From Callorhinchus milii (lineage: Eukaryota), in assembly GCF_018977255.1 (NCBI RefSeq), contig NW_024704742.1, forward strand, positions 55,058,001 through 55,122,000: a DNA stretch of 64,000 nucleotides, written 5' to 3'. Made by a program: the position numbers and the translations under genes. Positions 63,394 to 64,000 of this stretch are shown piece after piece. How positions within the stretch are numbered: the stretch's first letter is position 1; each line of letters opens with the position of its first letter. The notes beneath the pieces were generated by a model. That model was not told the DNA's origin and made no database searches. It worked only from the letters and a program-made list of their open reading frames with translations.

Positions 63394-63850
63394 CAACAAC
63401 AACAACAAAATTACATTTATAGAGCGTCTTTCATGTCGGGAGGACGTCGCAAAGCGCTAAACAGTCAGGTGTTGGGGACTGAGCATGGGGGAGGGGTGGT
63501 GTAGGGGTGAGGGAAGGCAGAAAGGTGGGAGGGAGACCAAAGGCACGATCGAAGAGAAGGGTCATGAGACTTGAAGGAGGCAAGGGAGGAAGCGAGGCGA
63601 AGGGACCGTGGGCTGGAGTTCCAGAGTGTGGGGGCAGAGAGGCTGAAAGCCCGGCCGCTGATGGTAGGGCGGGAGACATAGAGCAGACCGGAGCCCGCTG
63701 AACAGAGGGAGTGGGCAGGTTGGTAGAGAGTCAGCAAGTCAGAGAGGTTGGAGGGGGCAAGGCCATGGATGGCCTTGAAAGTGAGGACGAGGATCGTGGA
63801 GTCGGGTGAGGGTGGGAGTGATGGGTGAGGGCGAGGGTGGGAGTGATCAT
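63394..63850 (-). mobile_element. L2 3' fragment
   Basis: [13 protein letters not shown] homology, tail at 63394. Confidence 0.88.
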
Positions 63851-64000
63851 ATTGTTACAGTTGCAAGCATTAAAACTGACTTACTTTGGTACAGTACAGG
63901 CATGATGAAAACAATCAACATCTTCCACACTATTTATAAGTCAAGTCAAGCTGCTGAGATCAGCACTAGAAAAGCAAAGTTAAATCAACAAGCTTGCTGA

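Noticed and set aside
63870..63975. Possible further MTUS1 exon on - (ctag...gtaagt)
   Set aside because: No MTUS1 homology recognised and no convincing reading frame. Upstream exons probably lie beyond the window.

Overview
Vertebrate genomic DNA, most likely a cartilaginous fish (holocephalan-like repeat content: L2 and CR1 LINEs, Penelope elements, tRNA/L2-tail SINEs and Deu-domain SINEs). It holds a complete six-coding-exon PDGFRL gene on + (7440-23198, 383 aa). Convergent with it on - is the 3' part of MTUS1: eight coiled-coil exons at 44805-57775 plus an internal first exon at 58946-58999 encoding MGCSSSKVC..., which gives a complete 349-aa short isoform. An intron-containing tRNA-Leu(CAA) gene (4969-5080, -) lies in a CpG island next to a GCCACY/23-bp minisatellite. 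Almost all long ORFs in the track are retrotransposon fragments. The most notable observations are: (1) a ~90%-identical inverted copy of an MTUS1 coding exon in a downstream intron of the same gene, fused to an L2 fragment, which could pair with the exon in the pre-mRNA; (2) a family of short Penelope-type elements carrying hammerhead-ribozyme-like cores with a covarying stem II; (3) the putatively lipidated short MTUS1 isoform; (4) SINE subfamilies whose 3' tails track the young L2. All calls come from manual reading and recalled homology. No searches were run, and repeat boundaries are approximate.
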